Shown here piece after piece: positions 9,541-11,000 of a stretch of DNA of 11,000 nucleotides. The translations under genes were made by a program, and so were the position numbers. Below the pieces are notes generated by a model. That model saw only the letters and a program-made list of their open reading frames with translations. It was not told where the DNA came from and ran no database searches. Positions within the stretch are counted from its first letter, which is position 1, and the number at the start of each line of letters is the position of its first letter. Source of the stretch: Takakia lepidozioides (lineage: Eukaryota > Plantae > Bryophyta). The stretch lies in assembly GCA_030704615.1 (NCBI GenBank), contig JAKLZA010000219.1, positions 1-11,000 of the forward strand, given 5' to 3'.

Positions 9541-9865
9541 CATATCCATTGTGCATTCATCTACACTGTATTCATGCGTGCTCCATTCATGAAAGCTTCC
9601 TTTGTACAACATCCATTGTACATTCATCCTCTGTACTCTTTAATCCACCCCACAAACCTTCCACACTCATTTCATATACTTTGTGCATTCGTCAAAAGAT
9701 TTGGTCATGCATCTTCCTGTCATGAATTTTTGTCATTGCTCAACATCCATTATACATTCATCCATTTTACTCTTATCCATCCGTCATTCATCCATCTACA
9801 TACATTTTTCACACTCATCCATCTGTTTATCATCCAACTGTACATTCATCCATCCTTTATTCAAT
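9541..9865. repeat. Degenerate CATT/CATC-rich, G-poor repeat region
   Basis: TACATTCATCC occurs at 9619, 9753 and 9841. CAACATCCATT(G/A)TACATTCATCC occurs at 9607-9629 and 9741-9763. Confidence 0.75.
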
Positions 9866-9989
9866 GCCTTTTATTATGTCGTCCAGCTTGTTTCCGCGGT
9901 AAAGGGTGCCAATCCGCGGGAATAAACTCCACTTCTTTCTGGGTGCGTGGTGACTCGGCCTTCACGTGTGATGATGTGGACTGAGCCCC

Positions 9990-10061
9990 GTGACGTGGCA
10001 TTGCGCAAGGTGACGTGGCGTGAGCGCAGTTGCGCTCACGCGCTCACGCGCTCACGTGACC
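9990..10061. repeat. GC-rich hairpin and short tandem repeats (candidate element terminus)
   Basis: GTGACGTGGC occurs twice (9990, 10010). A perfect 11-bp inverted repeat GCGTGAGCGCA-gt-TGCGCTCACGC spans 10018-10041. GCGCTCAC occurs three times in tandem (10032-10055). Confidence 0.8.
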
Positions 10062-10651
10062 AGGCTCACGCCGAGGCATCCCTGCCGGAAACCTTGAACT
10101 GGAGTGGGTTCAAGGATTTGATGAAGAGATAGTTTGTGCCCCTCAACGCGTCCTGGCTTGCCCGGGACAAGATGAGGAATTTGAAGCAAACAGATGACAT
10201 TCGGGGGTATGTCCAGGCTTTCAATGTGCTGTTGCTCGAAGTCGCGGACATGGCAGAAACCAGAAATGGTCTTCAACTTTGTGGCGGGACTGGCCCCATG
10301 GCCAGGCGAAAGTTGGAGGAGAAGCCACCCAAGACTTTGAACGAGGCAATTGAGAGGGCTGAATGTTTCTCGGATGTCCCTAGGGGTGAGAGACAAGGCC
10401 GTACGGAGCTGAACCACAAGAAGACCCGGCGGGAAGGTGACTCCTTCCGACCGGAAAAGAAGTGGGATAGGCCACGCGGCGACAATGGCACGTGGAAATC
10501 GAAGGGAGGGCCTTCACGCGTCAAGGCGGCACCCGGTGCTTCGAAAGGAAAAGCGGGTGGAGCAACTTATGGCGGATAGAAGGCGACCTTTGATGGAGTG
10601 TGTTTCAATTGCGGGGAGCCCGGGCACATGGCCAAGAAGTGCACAAAACCT
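10062..10651 (+). pseudogene. gag: Ty3/Gypsy gag remnant (capsid region plus CCHC zinc knuckle), 5'-truncated
   Basis: WSGFKDLMKR*FVP...ARDKMRNLKQTDDIRGYVQAF matches the retrotransposon gag pattern. CFNCGEPGHMAKKC lies at 10601-10642. In-frame TAG stops are at 10130 and 10577. A pair of compensating frameshifts at about 10260-10300 leaves EMVFNFVAGLAPW in another frame. Confidence 0.9.
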
Positions 10652-11000
10652 TGCTTTTTGTACTCGCTCCGGTTTTGTTGGCATGTGGTGCATGTCTTGA
10701 CATACTCCTCTGCCTCCTCCCTCAGTTTGGGCCAGAAATACTCTTTCTTCAGGAGTGCCGCAGTGCGCTTGGCTCCGTCGTGGCCCGCAAGCGGGCTATC
10801 ATGGCATTCTCTCAAGATGCTGTCTCTGATCCCTCCCTTCGGCACGTAGAGACACTTTTGCTTATACCGAAGCAGTCCATTTTGCAAGTGGAACTGCGAT
10901 TTAACCCCCATCCTCAAGTCCTGCATCACGGACTTCGCCAGCTCATCCTTCCGGTAAGCCTTCCGAATCTTCCTTTGGAGCGTCGTCTCGCCCTTGTACA
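10648..11000 (-). mobile_element. pol: Ty3/Gypsy pol fragment: integrase N-terminal HHCC Zn-binding region, truncated before the catalytic core
   Basis: The frame is open from the right edge: ...NGLLRY..CLYVP...ILRECHDSPLAGHDG..RT..LL...YFWPKL.....YVKTCTTCQQNR..KKQG. It breaks off where GLLQPL-like residues and the rve core would follow. Confidence 0.92.

Larger units (their letters stand above)
1..10061. mobile_element. Putative large MULE-type DNA transposon carrying the ParB-MTase-like gene (left end outside the window)
   Basis: An intact transposase and a divergent accessory gene are followed by subterminal repeats and an abrupt junction into the middle of a Gypsy gag at about 10061. The second TIR and TSD are not visible, so inclusion of the + gene in the element is inferred. 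Confidence 0.55.

Noticed and set aside
9337-9984. 215-aa His/Ile/Phe-rich ORF
   Set aside because: It is a product of the G-poor CATT/CATC low-complexity tract and is not protein-like.
9963-10058. G-box/ABRE-like sites (CACGTG, TGACGTGGC) as a host promoter
   Set aside because: No intact downstream gene is present. They are better explained as part of the terminal repeat block, and the short motifs alone are not evidence of function.

Overview
Eukaryotic genomic DNA with GT-AG introns; probably a plant, though the host cannot be determined from the window. About 1-10060 looks like one large Mutator-like (MULE) DNA transposon with two divergent genes. The minus-strand gene is a two-exon transposase (WRKY/GCM-type Zn domain, D-D-CxxH-E core) that runs off the left edge. 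The plus-strand gene has 9-10 exons (about 1080-1130 aa) and fuses a ParB/Srx-like domain (DGNHR) to a beta-class N6A/N4C DNA-methyltransferase-like domain with atypical motifs. Its two longest introns carry 11 spaced copies of one ~20-bp palindrome (GAATGTCGTTGACGACATTC). Together these suggest a possible transposon-borne 'ParB-MTase plus parS-like sites' system. The element seems to end in a GC-rich hairpin near 10060, where it abuts a decayed Ty3/Gypsy gag. That gag is joined tail-to-tail to an inverted integrase fragment. All domain calls come from motif recognition by eye, not from database searches.
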